Below, piece after piece: positions 28,683-36,397 of a stretch of DNA of 56,878 nt. The position numbers were made by a program, and so were the translations under genes. Source of the DNA: a virus; IMG/VR virus record IMGVR_UViG_3300045988_061299; one strand, written 5' to 3'. The notes beneath the pieces were generated by a model. The model worked only from the letters and a program-made list of their open reading frames with translations, was not told the DNA's origin and made no database searches. Positions within the stretch are counted from its first letter, which is position 1. The number at the start of each line of letters is the position of its first letter.

Positions 28683-28926
28683 TATTCGCTAATGATTTTG
28701 TTTCCTCTAGGATTTTCATTGCTAATGCTCTTGAAAATTCATAATTATTTTTCGGGTATCTTCCTAAGATTGATTTTGCGTACTCATTAACTGCATCAAC
28801 AGAAACATCAATACCCATTACTTTTCCAGATACCTCAACACATTCTGTTCTCTTTTCATTATTTGTGCATTTATTGTCTTTGTTATATCGGCAGGTGGTT
28901 AAGTTGCAATCATTCATTTTTAACAC
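28666..28926 (-). CDS. hypothetical protein
   Basis: 86-aa ORF. Confidence 0.4.
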   Translation of the reverse strand: MLKMNDCNLTTCRYNKDNKCTNNEKRTECVEVSGKVMGIDVSVDAVNEYAKSILGRYPKNNYEFSRALAMKILEETKSLANSEEKE

Positions 28927-29206
28927 ACCCCATTCTGCCAGCTATATAATGACTTCTTGCATCGCAAACTGTCCTACAATCAATAACATTGCCCTTATCG
29001 AGGCAAATCTCAAGATGCTCACATTTATCGCACTTTGTATCTTTCTCTTTATATTTCTTCGGCTTGTATTCCTTAAAATCCTCACACTCACAGTCTAAAT
29101 CTGTGTCATTGCCCTTGCTACAAGTATATATGGGATATTCTTCTCCTATTTCTTCGTCGAAAATATAATCTTCTTCGCTGAATTTGCATTTTGAACAATC
29201 ATTCAT
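28910..29206 (-). CDS. Cys-rich small protein
   Basis: Contains 10 Cys, including CSKC. Confidence 0.4.
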   Translation of the reverse strand: MNDCSKCKFSEEDYIFDEEIGEEYPIYTCSKGNDTDLDCECEDFKEYKPKKYKEKDTKCDKCEHLEICLDKGNVIDCRTVCDARSHYIAGRMGCVKNE

Positions 29207-29444
29207 TTCTCATAAACCTCTCAAAATCTTTCCTGCACTTAGGGCATAAATCAAGTTCAGTTTTACTTGTGATTAATACGACTTCAAACTCTTCAAGCAT
29301 TTTATTCATAGCATTTTCCTTAGTTTCATAATCATAGCATTTTTGCTTTTCTTCCTGAATCGTTCCAGTGCCTCTCCGAATTAGAGTTAGCTTAATTTCT
29401 TTCCCGCACCTGTCGCAAGTGTGCCGTTCTTTGTTGTGTTTCAT
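29199..29444 (-). CDS. zinc-ribbon protein
   Basis: CDRCGK...CPKC motif. Confidence 0.4.
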   Translation of the reverse strand: MKHNKERHTCDRCGKEIKLTLIRRGTGTIQEEKQKCYDYETKENAMNKMLEEFEVVLITSKTELDLCPKCRKDFERFMRNE

Positions 29445-29712
29445 TGTGAATATCCTCCCAAGTTCTGCAAAACTCCTTGAATGTTTTCTTATCCATCAGT
29501 GAAGCTATTTCGTGCAAGTTTACAATGTTGATTTCTGCGTCTTGCTCATATTGCACATTGGCAACAAGGTCTATATTGACCATTGGAAGCCTCCCGGCAT
29601 AATGTTCTATTTTATACGAACTACACAAGCACTGTTCGCCATCAATTGTGACTTTAGCACATCTCGGGTGTCCTTCTATTGGTTCTGCTTTGAATTTATG
29701 TATATTACTCAT
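29392..29712 (-). CDS. hypothetical protein
   Basis: Start at MSNIHKF. The ORF-track start at 29751 overlaps the upstream gene. Confidence 0.4.
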   Translation of the reverse strand: MSNIHKFKAEPIEGHPRCAKVTIDGEQCLCSSYKIEHYAGRLPMVNIDLVANVQYEQDAEINIVNLHEIASLMDKKTFKEFCRTWEDIHNETQQRTAHLRQVRERN

Positions 29713-29905
29713 TCTTCCCCCATAAATTATCTGGTAATTCCTCGCCGCCATATATCTTGTTAGCGTATTTCTTAAATGTCGGTACGCTACAACCTGCTAC
29801 TTTTGCCGCCTTTACTTGTGAAGCCTGCCCTGATATGTATAAGTTAATTGCTTCATAAAACTTATCTTTGTTTAATGGATGTACACCCATAGCCATAATA
29901 ATCAC
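29705..29905 (-). CDS. small HTH protein
   Basis: SQVKAAKVAGCSVPTFKKY. Confidence 0.4.
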   Translation of the reverse strand: MIIMAMGVHPLNKDKFYEAINLYISGQASQVKAAKVAGCSVPTFKKYANKIYGGEELPDNLWGKNE

Positions 29906-30990
29906 TCCTTACTTTCACACCAACTACTCTTACAAGCGTGATTCATAATGTTAATTAAAACCTTTTCAGAAGAAAAGTGAACTAAGCTGTAATCACATTG
30001 TGCTGAAAACTTTGTATTGAAATATTCATCAACTAACATCTTGTAGTCTGTATTATCGTCCATATCACTTATAGCCGCATAATAGGTATCTGTATATCCG
30101 TCACGCTCTATGTCGGTTTCTTTTGTTAAATTATCTACTACCCTTGATAAAACCTTATCTGTTAATGGGTAGTGATATTCTCCAGTACATTCTCCGTGTT
30201 TATCTAAAAAGTATTTAAAGAATGCTTCTACATTTTCTTTGAGTGTTTTATCATTAGTCCAATCATAAGCTATCTTGCCAGCTCTACTTATCATTCTTTC
30301 CTCGGCAACTTCCCAATCACTTTGAGAGTATTCGCTTATCGGCTTAAACTCTTTCACTTTTTTATCTTTGGGTAAAAAAGAATTACATTGTTCTCTGTTA
30401 AGAGAATTACACTCTGTATTTAATGTTCCGTAATTAGTGTTAGGGTAATCATTGTTAGTAATCCCTGTTAAAAGAGTTACATCTTGCGGCACTCCCGAAT
30501 TACACTTTGTGTTATTCCCTTGGGAATTACATTTTGTGTCATTCCCGTTTTTCTCATTTTGCAATTTCTGTCCTTTATCTTCTGCTATAACTTCTTGTCT
30601 GATATTTTCTTCCCATTTTTTAACTTCTGCGTTGATAACATCATAATTAGGTCGTATATGTATAGTTGGCATTGAATTGAATTTGTATTTTGCTGTAATT
30701 ACAAACTTTTTTTCTACCAACGATTTAATCGCTTTGTCATACTGCCTTTCAGTAATCCTTATCTCTTCCCACCAGTCTTTTCTTTGCTTTGCAATCCAAT
30801 ATTTGCCATTTTTGTATATCTTGACTTTGCTTTTATTATCTTTAGTTGGTGCAAACCAATATAAAATTCTTGATAACAGCGTACCCTCTATCAAATCACC
30901 TGTTATGTCAATGTATTTATGGAATGTGTGGTTACACCTTGCTGATGATAGAAAATTAACTTTTGTTTGGATTTCATTTTCTGATAGCAT
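29902..30990 (-). CDS. winged-helix DNA-binding protein (replication-initiator-like) containing internal DNA repeats
   Basis: LLSRILYWF...WWEEIRITERQYDKAIKSLVEKKFV. The central region carries repeated T[KE]CNS peptides. Confidence 0.35.
   Translation of the reverse strand: MLSENEIQTKVNFLSSARCNHTFHKYIDITGDLIEGTLLSRILYWFAPTKDNKSKVKIYKNGKYWIAKQRKDWWEEIRITERQYDKAIKSLVEKKFVITAKYKFNSMPTIHIRPNYDVINAEVKKWEENIRQEVIAEDKGQKLQNEKNGNDTKCNSQGNNTKCNSGVPQDVTLLTGITNNDYPNTNYGTLNTECNSLNREQCNSFLPKDKKVKEFKPISEYSQSDWEVAEERMISRAGKIAYDWTNDKTLKENVEAFFKYFLDKHGECTGEYHYPLTDKVLSRVVDNLTKETDIERDGYTDTYYAAISDMDDNTDYKMLVDEYFNTKFSAQCDYSLVHFSSEKVLINIMNHACKSSWCESKE
30380..30546. repeat. five GA(A/G)TTACAYY repeats, including two 23-nt near-identical units 27 bp apart
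   Basis: Copies start at 30380, 30404, 30474, 30497 and 30524. gaattacactttgtgttattccc versus gaattacattttgtgtcattccc. Confidence 0.8.
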
Positions 30991-31088
30991 ATTTATTACC
31001 TGCCTTTCTGATAACTGCCTTATTAACAAAACAACAAACAGGCACTAAGGCTTGTGCTTTTCGGTCTGCATCACCTAGTTTGTTGTAA

Positions 31089-31160
31089 TCGGATAGACAG
31101 GACTTGAACCTGTGACTACTTGAATAAATCAAGCGTTACTCCCAACTGAACTACTATCCG
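31089..31160 (-). tRNA. non-canonical tRNA-like gene (72 nt); central triplet of the anticodon loop is UUA
   Basis: Acceptor CGGATAG/CTATCCG is perfect. T-arm is ACAGG-TTCAAGT-CCTGT. The anticodon arm is CTTGA-TTTAT-TCAAG, so the loop is 5 nt, or 7 nt if the closing A-U pair opens. Confidence 0.55.
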
Positions 31161-31535
31161 TTGTGCAGTTTCTTGTGTTGGAAAGTATTTATGGCACTTC
31201 ATTACGCTATCTGCCATCCTGTTCGCAAATCAACCAACACAAGCATTTTAATTATTCAGCAGGGATTACTGCAACGCCTGCTTATTCGGGAGCTACCCGA
31301 CTACTTGATGTGGTGTGGATTTGAACCACACATAAACAAGCACTCCTGTCCTTTCAAGCCCCTAGCAATCAGGTATTCCCCTGTGGTTATGCTATGGTAG
31401 ATTCGAACCACTAGCTCATTCTATCTGCTATTAGCGTTTACCCATTCCGCCACACATCAACTTACTCACACCTCTTAACCTAGGATAAGTCTGCAAACAA
31501 CATTACGCACGCAGACCTAAGAAGTGCTTTCAAAA
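31161..31535 (-). ncRNA. unassigned structured RNA block with two orphan T-arm hairpins
   Basis: A 10-bp long-range helix joins 31172..31181 and 31234..31243. T-arm-like hairpins lie at 31314..31330 and 31396..31412. No acceptor stems can be built and there is no credible ORF. Confidence 0.45.
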
Positions 31536-31618
31536 CGCCGATATCGTGAATCGAACACGAACAACATTTCTGTTGGATAGCTTAGCAAGCTGCTGGAATA
31601 CCTTTATCCCATATCGGC
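31536..31618 (-). tRNA. tRNA-Ser(GCU), type II
   Basis: Acceptor is GCCGATA/TATCGGC. The D-stem is 3 bp. Anticodon loop TTGCTAA. The long variable arm CAACA-GAAA-TGTTG is present. T-arm is TCGTG-TTCGATT-CACGA. Confidence 0.8.
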
Positions 31619-31775
31619 AAGCGGTGGTTTTTTACTTGGTTATCACCACCCAAGGATTTTTTAGTCAGCCGCAAGCGGCTCAATCCAGTTCCCTGTACTA
31701 AGTTTAACCGGTATATTGATTAGCACCTGCATTTCTCTAATAAACGCACTAGGGGTGTACTGGCAACATCGCCAA
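31619..31775 (-). ncRNA. unassigned structured spacer between tRNA-Tyr and tRNA-Ser
   Basis: A GC hairpin with a CUUG loop lies at 31667..31680. There are nested CTTGG/CCAAG and GGTGG/CCACC helices. Confidence 0.35.
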
Positions 31776-31865
31776 TGGGGAAGAGAGGAATCGAACCTCT
31801 ATTGTTTACCACTTGGGAACAGATTTACAGTCTGCCGCAACACCGCCAATCGTTGCCGCTTCTCC
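31776..31865 (-). tRNA. tRNA-Tyr(GUA), type II
   Basis: Acceptor GGAGAAG/CTTCCCC has one A-C mismatch. Anticodon arm is GCAGA-CTGTAAA-TCTGT. The variable region is long. T-arm is AGAGG-TTCGATT-CCTCT. Confidence 0.75.
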
Positions 31866-32228
31866 ATATCGTTTTAAAAGACTAGCATTGTGAAAATGTT
31901 ACGATTAAGGTGGATAGTTGATACTGAAAAACAATGCTAGTCTTAATAGCAGTATAGGCTATGACACCTATAACAGGTCGTGGCAAAGCTTGGATGTCAT
32001 TCTACCCGTGCAGTTGGGCTTAAAGAAAGTAGCTTCGCTCGCTGTCTATCCATACAGATAACTGCTGCGCTATAGGTATAACTTAATTTTATTTGCGTAT
32101 TTATAATACGCAAAACCTCACGGACTATCTGACAGTCCTTAACAGCTCTCGCTATGAGGTGAAAGGAGGACTTAATGCTAGTAAACCAATAAGTCCTGTA
32201 AAGGCACAAGTGTAATTAAACACTTGAA
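31866..32228 (-). ncRNA. unassigned 363-nt structured RNA block
   Basis: A 14-bp perfect helix joins 31878..31891 and 31931..31944. A 9-bp hairpin joins 32092..32100 and 32106..32114. There is a GGACT/AGTCC hairpin. No credible ORF. Confidence 0.45.
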
Positions 32229-32300
32229 CTACCCCTGTGGGATTTGAACCCACGATACAGGAATCAAAATCCTGTGCCTTGACCACTTGGCTAAGGGGCA
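32229..32300 (-). tRNA. tRNA-Gln(UUG)
   Basis: The U1-A72 acceptor TGCCCCT/AGGGGTA is present. Anticodon arm is CAGGA-TTTTGAT-TCCTG. T-arm is GTGGG-TTCAAAT-CCCAC. Confidence 0.85.
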
Positions 32301-32305
32301 ATATG

Positions 32306-32476
32306 CTATTCTTTTGTTTCAAAGAGTACTGCATTTTTATTTGCTGTTTCAAGCTCTGTGAAGTTATCCTTGCCTTTTACAACATTTGGATTGCCATTAC
32401 AGGCATTACAAGGCTTTTCACAATATAACTTATGTCTATGTTTGCACTGGTAACAGTGCTTATCCTGATTACCCAT
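32306..32476 (-). CDS. Cys-rich small protein (56 aa)
   Basis: Hand translation gives MGNQDKHCYQCKHRHKLYCEKPCNACNGNPNVV.... There is a TAATG overlap with the mazG stop. Confidence 0.45.
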   Translation of the reverse strand: MGNQDKHCYQCKHRHKLYCEKPCNACNGNPNVVKGKDNFTELETANKNAVLFETKE

Positions 32477-32892
32477 TATTTATCACCTGCCTGTCTGTGA
32501 TTAGCTCTGTAAGAATCAAAGCCATTCGGATAACGTGCTATAAGCTTATCTATGTTTGTCTGCATTACATCATCAAGACTGAATCCGCAAGCTTCGCAAA
32601 TCATAGCAACGTACCACATTACATCGCCGCACTCTTTCTTGAGGTGCTCTAAGTCTATGCCTTTTTCGTGGAATATGCCCTTTTTAACGAGGTCTGATAC
32701 TTCGCCAGCTTCACCAGTTAAACCTAAGACGCCATTAAGAAGTCCTGCTATGTCATTTATGTTGCTACACTTAGCATTGCTTTCTGCCAGAGGACTAAGT
32801 GGAAGCTTACCGGTTAATTCGGTACACAGCCTGTGATGAGCCATTTTATCGTTAGTACGCATAGCCAATTTTTGGTATTCATTGCCCTGCAT
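32476..32892 (-). CDS. mazG: MazG-like nucleotide pyrophosphohydrolase
   Basis: YQKLAMRT...GLTGEAGEVSDLVKK...ECGDVMWYVAMICEACGFSLDDVMQTNIDKL. Confidence 0.85.
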   Translation of the reverse strand: MQGNEYQKLAMRTNDKMAHHRLCTELTGKLPLSPLAESNAKCSNINDIAGLLNGVLGLTGEAGEVSDLVKKGIFHEKGIDLEHLKKECGDVMWYVAMICEACGFSLDDVMQTNIDKLIARYPNGFDSYRANHRQAGDK

Positions 32893-33172
32893 TTATAACT
32901 CCTAACTCTTTTTTATTTTTTAAAATTTTTTGGAATTTACTCGGCTGAATTAGCCGTTTTGATGTGTGTATTCATTGAATATCTTGTGATTAATTAAGAT
33001 GTGTCTATTATACACCTATTTATCAGATTTGTATAGTGGGTTTATTAATTAATTTATATAAGCCTGTAATTAATAATTATATATAATATATGAGTTGTTG
33101 ATAAAATTATATATATTATATTTAAAACATATGCAGAGGGTTTTTTATTTTTGTCGTAATTTGAGGGACTTA

Positions 33173-33207
33173 GTGGGGCGAAATCGAACGCACGTTTTAA
33201 CCCCCAC
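33173..33207 (-). ncRNA. weak tRNA-like minihelix (acceptor-like stem plus T-loop-like hairpin)
   Basis: Minus sense reads GTGGGG-gttaaaacgt-GCG-TTCGATTT-CGC-CCCAC. Confidence 0.3.
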
Positions 33208-33283
33208 CCCTAGAGCCATTCATGGCATACAATAAGAACCGTGCAATTGTCAATATTGCTTGTATGCGTAAAGCTAATAAATC

Positions 33284-33305
33284 CGCTACAATCCGCTTGT
33301 TTACT
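33284..33305. repeat. 22-nt direct repeat, copy 1 (cgctacaatccgcttgtttact)
   Basis: Exact copy of 33395..33416, 111 bp away. Confidence 0.9.
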
Positions 33306-33394
33306 AAGCTCGCAGTTGTTTGATGTTCATATGTTCGGTTTAATCACTTCGTCAAACCCGACTTTCGCGAAGTGATGTTGTCACATATCAAAAA

Positions 33395-33416
33395 CGCTAC
33401 AATCCGCTTGTTTACT
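33395..33416. repeat. 22-nt direct repeat, copy 2, overlapping the terS stop codon
   Basis: Exact copy of 33284..33305. Confidence 0.9.
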
Positions 33417-34125
33417 GACTTTGTGAGGCTTCTTGTACATCTTGCACAATGTTTTCTTGTTGTGCAATTTGACAAATAATAGAGCCTTGAGCGTCGTCAA
33501 ATGTGTTGAGCTGTGGCAGGTCTGACGCTGTCTTAATGACTTTCGCGGTGCTTTCTCTGCTCACGCCTGGAAGATTCCAACCAAAGCGGCGATTCATTAC
33601 AGCCAGCTGTCCGACTGGGTTCTTACCGGACCAGAGCCGAGCCTCTCCGCTAGATTCATAATCTTTTGACAATTTTTCCCACAAATCATAAGCCGATGTA
33701 CTTAGTCTATCCGCCCTTGTTCGTTCATTAGCCCAATTATATATAACTATTTCATTTATGCCAGTTAACTTACAATATCCTGATATAGTACATATTTTAT
33801 TATACTTATAACACAGATATATATAATAGTCTGCTATATAATTAAGATACTCATAATTATAACTATTGCAATTACTATTATTAATATTACTATACTGGTT
33901 ATTATAATTATTATTATTATATCCCTGTAATTTACCCTTTAATTTTAATCTATTAGTACCCTTAAAGGTATTATTGTATACATAAATCAAAGCAGCATAA
34001 AAGAGAGATTGCGGAGCTGATGCCATATCTTCGATGTTTTCGTTTGTGCAGAATCGCTTAAAATGCATATCAATCTCATTTTCAAAAATTTCTTCGCTGT
34101 CTGCTGTTTCCCGTACTTTTTCCAT
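33412..34125 (-). CDS. terS: putative terminase small subunit with an Asn/Tyr-rich low-complexity insertion
   Basis: GGAAAGGGG precedes the ATG at 34125. ISGYCKLTGINEIVIYNW is HTH-like. GKNPVGQLAVMNRRFGWNLPG resembles the conserved TerS motif. Confidence 0.5.
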   Translation of the reverse strand: MEKVRETADSEEIFENEIDMHFKRFCTNENIEDMASAPQSLFYAALIYVYNNTFKGTNRLKLKGKLQGYNNNNYNNQYSNINNSNCNSYNYEYLNYIADYYIYLCYKYNKICTISGYCKLTGINEIVIYNWANERTRADRLSTSAYDLWEKLSKDYESSGEARLWSGKNPVGQLAVMNRRFGWNLPGVSRESTAKVIKTASDLPQLNTFDDAQGSIICQIAQQENIVQDVQEASQSQ

Positions 34126-34335
34126 CTGTTCCCCTTTCCGCCGGAACTTATCCAGCTTATTATTGATATATACTAATAACATAAAAATAACCCAATAACA
34201 ATATTAATATTATCGGGTGTAAATCTTATATTTAATTATTAGCAATATAATAACACAATAAATATAATTAATCAATAGGTATTAAAAAGCGATGTATAAC
34301 AATATACACCGCTTAAAAAGATATAAAGATATATT

Positions 34336-34608
34336 TTAAATTTCCACAACTTTCCCAACTCTGGAATTTTCAAAAATTCCATCGGAAAGCTGTCCTTCGA
34401 GCTCTGTGACACATTCTTCTTCTGTGTCACAGGTGACAGAAAAGACGCTGTATTCGTTTGTTCCTGTTTTGTCGGAATTTTTAATCTCCAACAATCTTAC
34501 TTTTCCGTTTTCAGAAAAATCATATTTGCGTGACTTATTGAAACTCTCACGCTGTCTATGCCCATCTACTCCGTAGACTTTCCATGTTTTTGTCGTCATA
34601 ATTTTCAC
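34336..34608 (-). CDS. hypothetical protein
   Basis: 90-aa ORF beginning TWKVYGVDGHRQRESF. Confidence 0.45.
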   Translation of the reverse strand: MKIMTTKTWKVYGVDGHRQRESFNKSRKYDFSENGKVRLLEIKNSDKTGTNEYSVFSVTCDTEEECVTELEGQLSDGIFENSRVGKVVEI

Positions 34609-34696
34609 CTTCCCAGCCTTTCGGCTGTCCTTTCTTTTAATGTACCTTGATTATATACCGATAGCGTTATATTGTCAACACTATTTTTAGTGTTAT

Positions 34697-34924
34697 TTAA
34701 AAATATTTTATCTTCTCGTCGTCTGTCGGTACTATCTCTATAATATCGCTTGGCTGACATCTTAATATAATGCATATCGTATTAATGGTATCCGTTGTTA
34801 TTCCTTTTCCCTGTCTAATATTCTGCAATGTTGCTTGGCTTAATATCTTATCTTTCCTTATTTTAGTGCTTGTGTATCCTCTGTTGGATAATTCTTTTAA
34901 AATATCGGTTTTATACTTCCACAT
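34697..34924 (-). CDS. XRE-type HTH regulator (second switch)
   Basis: LSQATLQNIRQGKGITTDTINTICIILRCQPSDIIE. The start is ambiguous between 34945 and 34924. 34966 lies upstream of the predicted promoter. Confidence 0.65.
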   Translation of the reverse strand: MWKYKTDILKELSNRGYTSTKIRKDKILSQATLQNIRQGKGITTDTINTICIILRCQPSDIIEIVPTDDEKIKYF

Positions 34925-34957
34925 ATAGACATTATCTCCTTTCATATTATAGATATA

Positions 34958-34986
34958 ATAATACAACTTTTATTTTCAAAATGCAA
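34958..34986 (-). promoter_or_regulatory. promoter for the XRE gene: -35 TTGCAT, 17-nt spacer, -10 TATTAT
   Basis: Reverse complement reads TTGCATtttgaaaataaaagttgTATTAT. Confidence 0.55.
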
Positions 34987-35021
34987 CTAAAAATGTTTTT
35001 ATCTTTTCACTAATTTTAGTG

Positions 35022-35050
35022 TTGACAAGCACTATAATCAGTGTTATTAT
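35022..35050 (+). promoter_or_regulatory. divergent promoter: -35 TTGACA, 17-nt spacer, -10 TATTAT, flanked and overlapped by CACTA-N4-TAGTG palindromes
   Basis: TTGACAagcactataatcagtgtTATTAT. Palindromes lie at 34677..34694, 35008..35021 and 35030..35043. Confidence 0.55.
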
Positions 35051-35159
35051 TAAGCTACAAAATAAATAAGGCGGTTGCCCCGACCAAGGAAACGAACCGC
35101 CACCAATCAAAAAGAAAGGTAAGCCGATTATATCACATTCGGCGAAACGGTACAAGATT

Positions 35160-35414
35160 ATGATTATAGGAACATTAGAAAGCGGCGCAAAATGCGTTTA
35201 CGATATGCCAACGGAAATCGAGACGGCGGCAGAGTTCGAAGCCCTTATATATGGCTATAATAACGGCAGACTTGCAGAAAGCCAGAGAGAAGAACTATAT
35301 AACCAGCCTAAATTATTAGGTTTAAATGGTCCAATGTGGAACGGCTGGGGAACACTTGCAAGCACGGGCGAGACGGTAGCGGTCATCCGCTATGAAAAGC
35401 CTTGCAGATATTAG
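35160..35414 (+). CDS. hypothetical protein
   Basis: 84-aa ORF, first gene of the plus-strand block. Confidence 0.45.
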   Translation: MIIGTLESGAKCVYDMPTEIETAAEFEALIYGYNNGRLAESQREELYNQPKLLGLNGPMWNGWGTLASTGETVAVIRYEKPCRY

Positions 35415-35493
35415 CCGAAACGCTCCAAAATCGGAGCGTCAGCTGCGGACCGGTCGCCGTGGCTCTGATGATGGCAGACCAGAAAGGGAAAAT

Positions 35494-35883
35494 ATGACAA
35501 CATTAAAATTTGAAAATAATAAATTCTATAAGACTTCTACACTATGCGATAAAATAGACGTTTTCGAAATTGTAGATAAAATTCCTATCAACTTTTTTGT
35601 TTGGAATATCGGCGAGAACATGGGCACGCATGAATATATTCCAGTTTGTGAAGATTTACACCATGAAGATAAAGAAAACTTTGAAATAAATACCGCAACA
35701 CTTAAAGCTGTAAAAGTTGCACCGGATGAATGGGAAAAACTCAGCAAAGCAGCATCCTGGGACATTGGAAATCTTAAGCAGGCAGAAAAAGCTATAAAAA
35801 GCAAGCGCAAAGGCTATACAGCAGACAGAAAAAGAGCTGCCGCAGAATTAACAATAGACATTTTCCGCAGAATTTGCGAATAG
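35494..35883 (+). CDS. hypothetical protein
   Basis: AGAAAGGGAA precedes the ATG at 35494 (MTTLKFENNKFYK...). Confidence 0.5.
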   Translation: MTTLKFENNKFYKTSTLCDKIDVFEIVDKIPINFFVWNIGENMGTHEYIPVCEDLHHEDKENFEINTATLKAVKVAPDEWEKLSKAASWDIGNLKQAEKAIKSKRKGYTADRKRAAAELTIDIFRRICE

Positions 35884-35967
35884 TCGAAACCGCCACCCGG
35901 CGGTCTGCAGGAACTGCCCTACCTGCACCGATGAGACAGGGCACACAATGAAAGGATGGTTGATTTT

Positions 35968-36201
35968 ATGGAATTTAGAACATATCAACAGGATTTAGAA
36001 GAATTGAAAATCTCGGAAGAAACTTTTAATAATGTAATTAGTCACATTTATGACAAAAAAGCGGAAGAAATGCTTGCTATTGCAAAAACAATTAAATCGG
36101 GGGCTAATGTTCTTCCAGTAGTAAAGAGAGCTTTTGAGCGTGTTCTTGCAATGCGGCAAGCCGAAAGAAAAGAAGTTTTTGATTTTTATTATAGGATTTA
36201 A
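35968..36201 (+). CDS. hypothetical protein
   Basis: GAAAGGATGG precedes the ATG at 35968. Confidence 0.45.
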   Translation: MEFRTYQQDLEELKISEETFNNVISHIYDKKAEEMLAIAKTIKSGANVLPVVKRAFERVLAMRQAERKEVFDFYYRI

Positions 36202-36220
36202 TGAAAGGGTGATTGTTTTT

Positions 36221-36397
36221 ATGACATTTGAAAAAGATTTGCAGGCTAAAAAGGCGGACGCATTGGCAGCATATAAGGCGGCTAAAGCTGATTTTTTAGA
36301 ATCTGTAACAAGTGAAAATATAAAAGGCAATTTTGAAAAATATAAAATTTTTTGCATCAAAAAAGCCGACTGTATGCGGCTTGGTGTAAGAATTTAG
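36221..36397 (+). CDS. hypothetical small protein
   Basis: GAAAGGGTG precedes the ATG at 36221. Confidence 0.4.
   Translation: MTFEKDLQAKKADALAAYKAAKADFLESVTSENIKGNFEKYKIFCIKKADCMRLGVRI

Noticed and set aside
31161-31535. A tmRNA (T-arm plus acceptor-like 3' end).
   Set aside because: The complementary 5' strand is only about 150 nt upstream. No tag reading frame or pseudoknot series is evident, and the acceptor register is off by one.
31866-32228. A group I intron between or within the tRNA genes. CAGATAGTCC resembles the S element.
   Set aside because: The motif forms only a local GGACT/AGTCC hairpin. I could not find P3/P7 long-range partners or flanking split tRNA exons.
31089-32300. 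Stop-codon reassignment driven by the UUA tRNA-like gene.
   Set aside because: All large late genes (1431, 1097, 578 and 518 aa) are uninterrupted in the standard code, and most genes I checked terminate in TAA. I saw no in-frame TAA-split genes.
31161-32428. The listed ORFs 31161-31400, 31997-32209, 32152-32352 and 32237-32428.
   Set aside because: They overlap tRNA genes and structured RNA, lack RBSs and have implausible composition.
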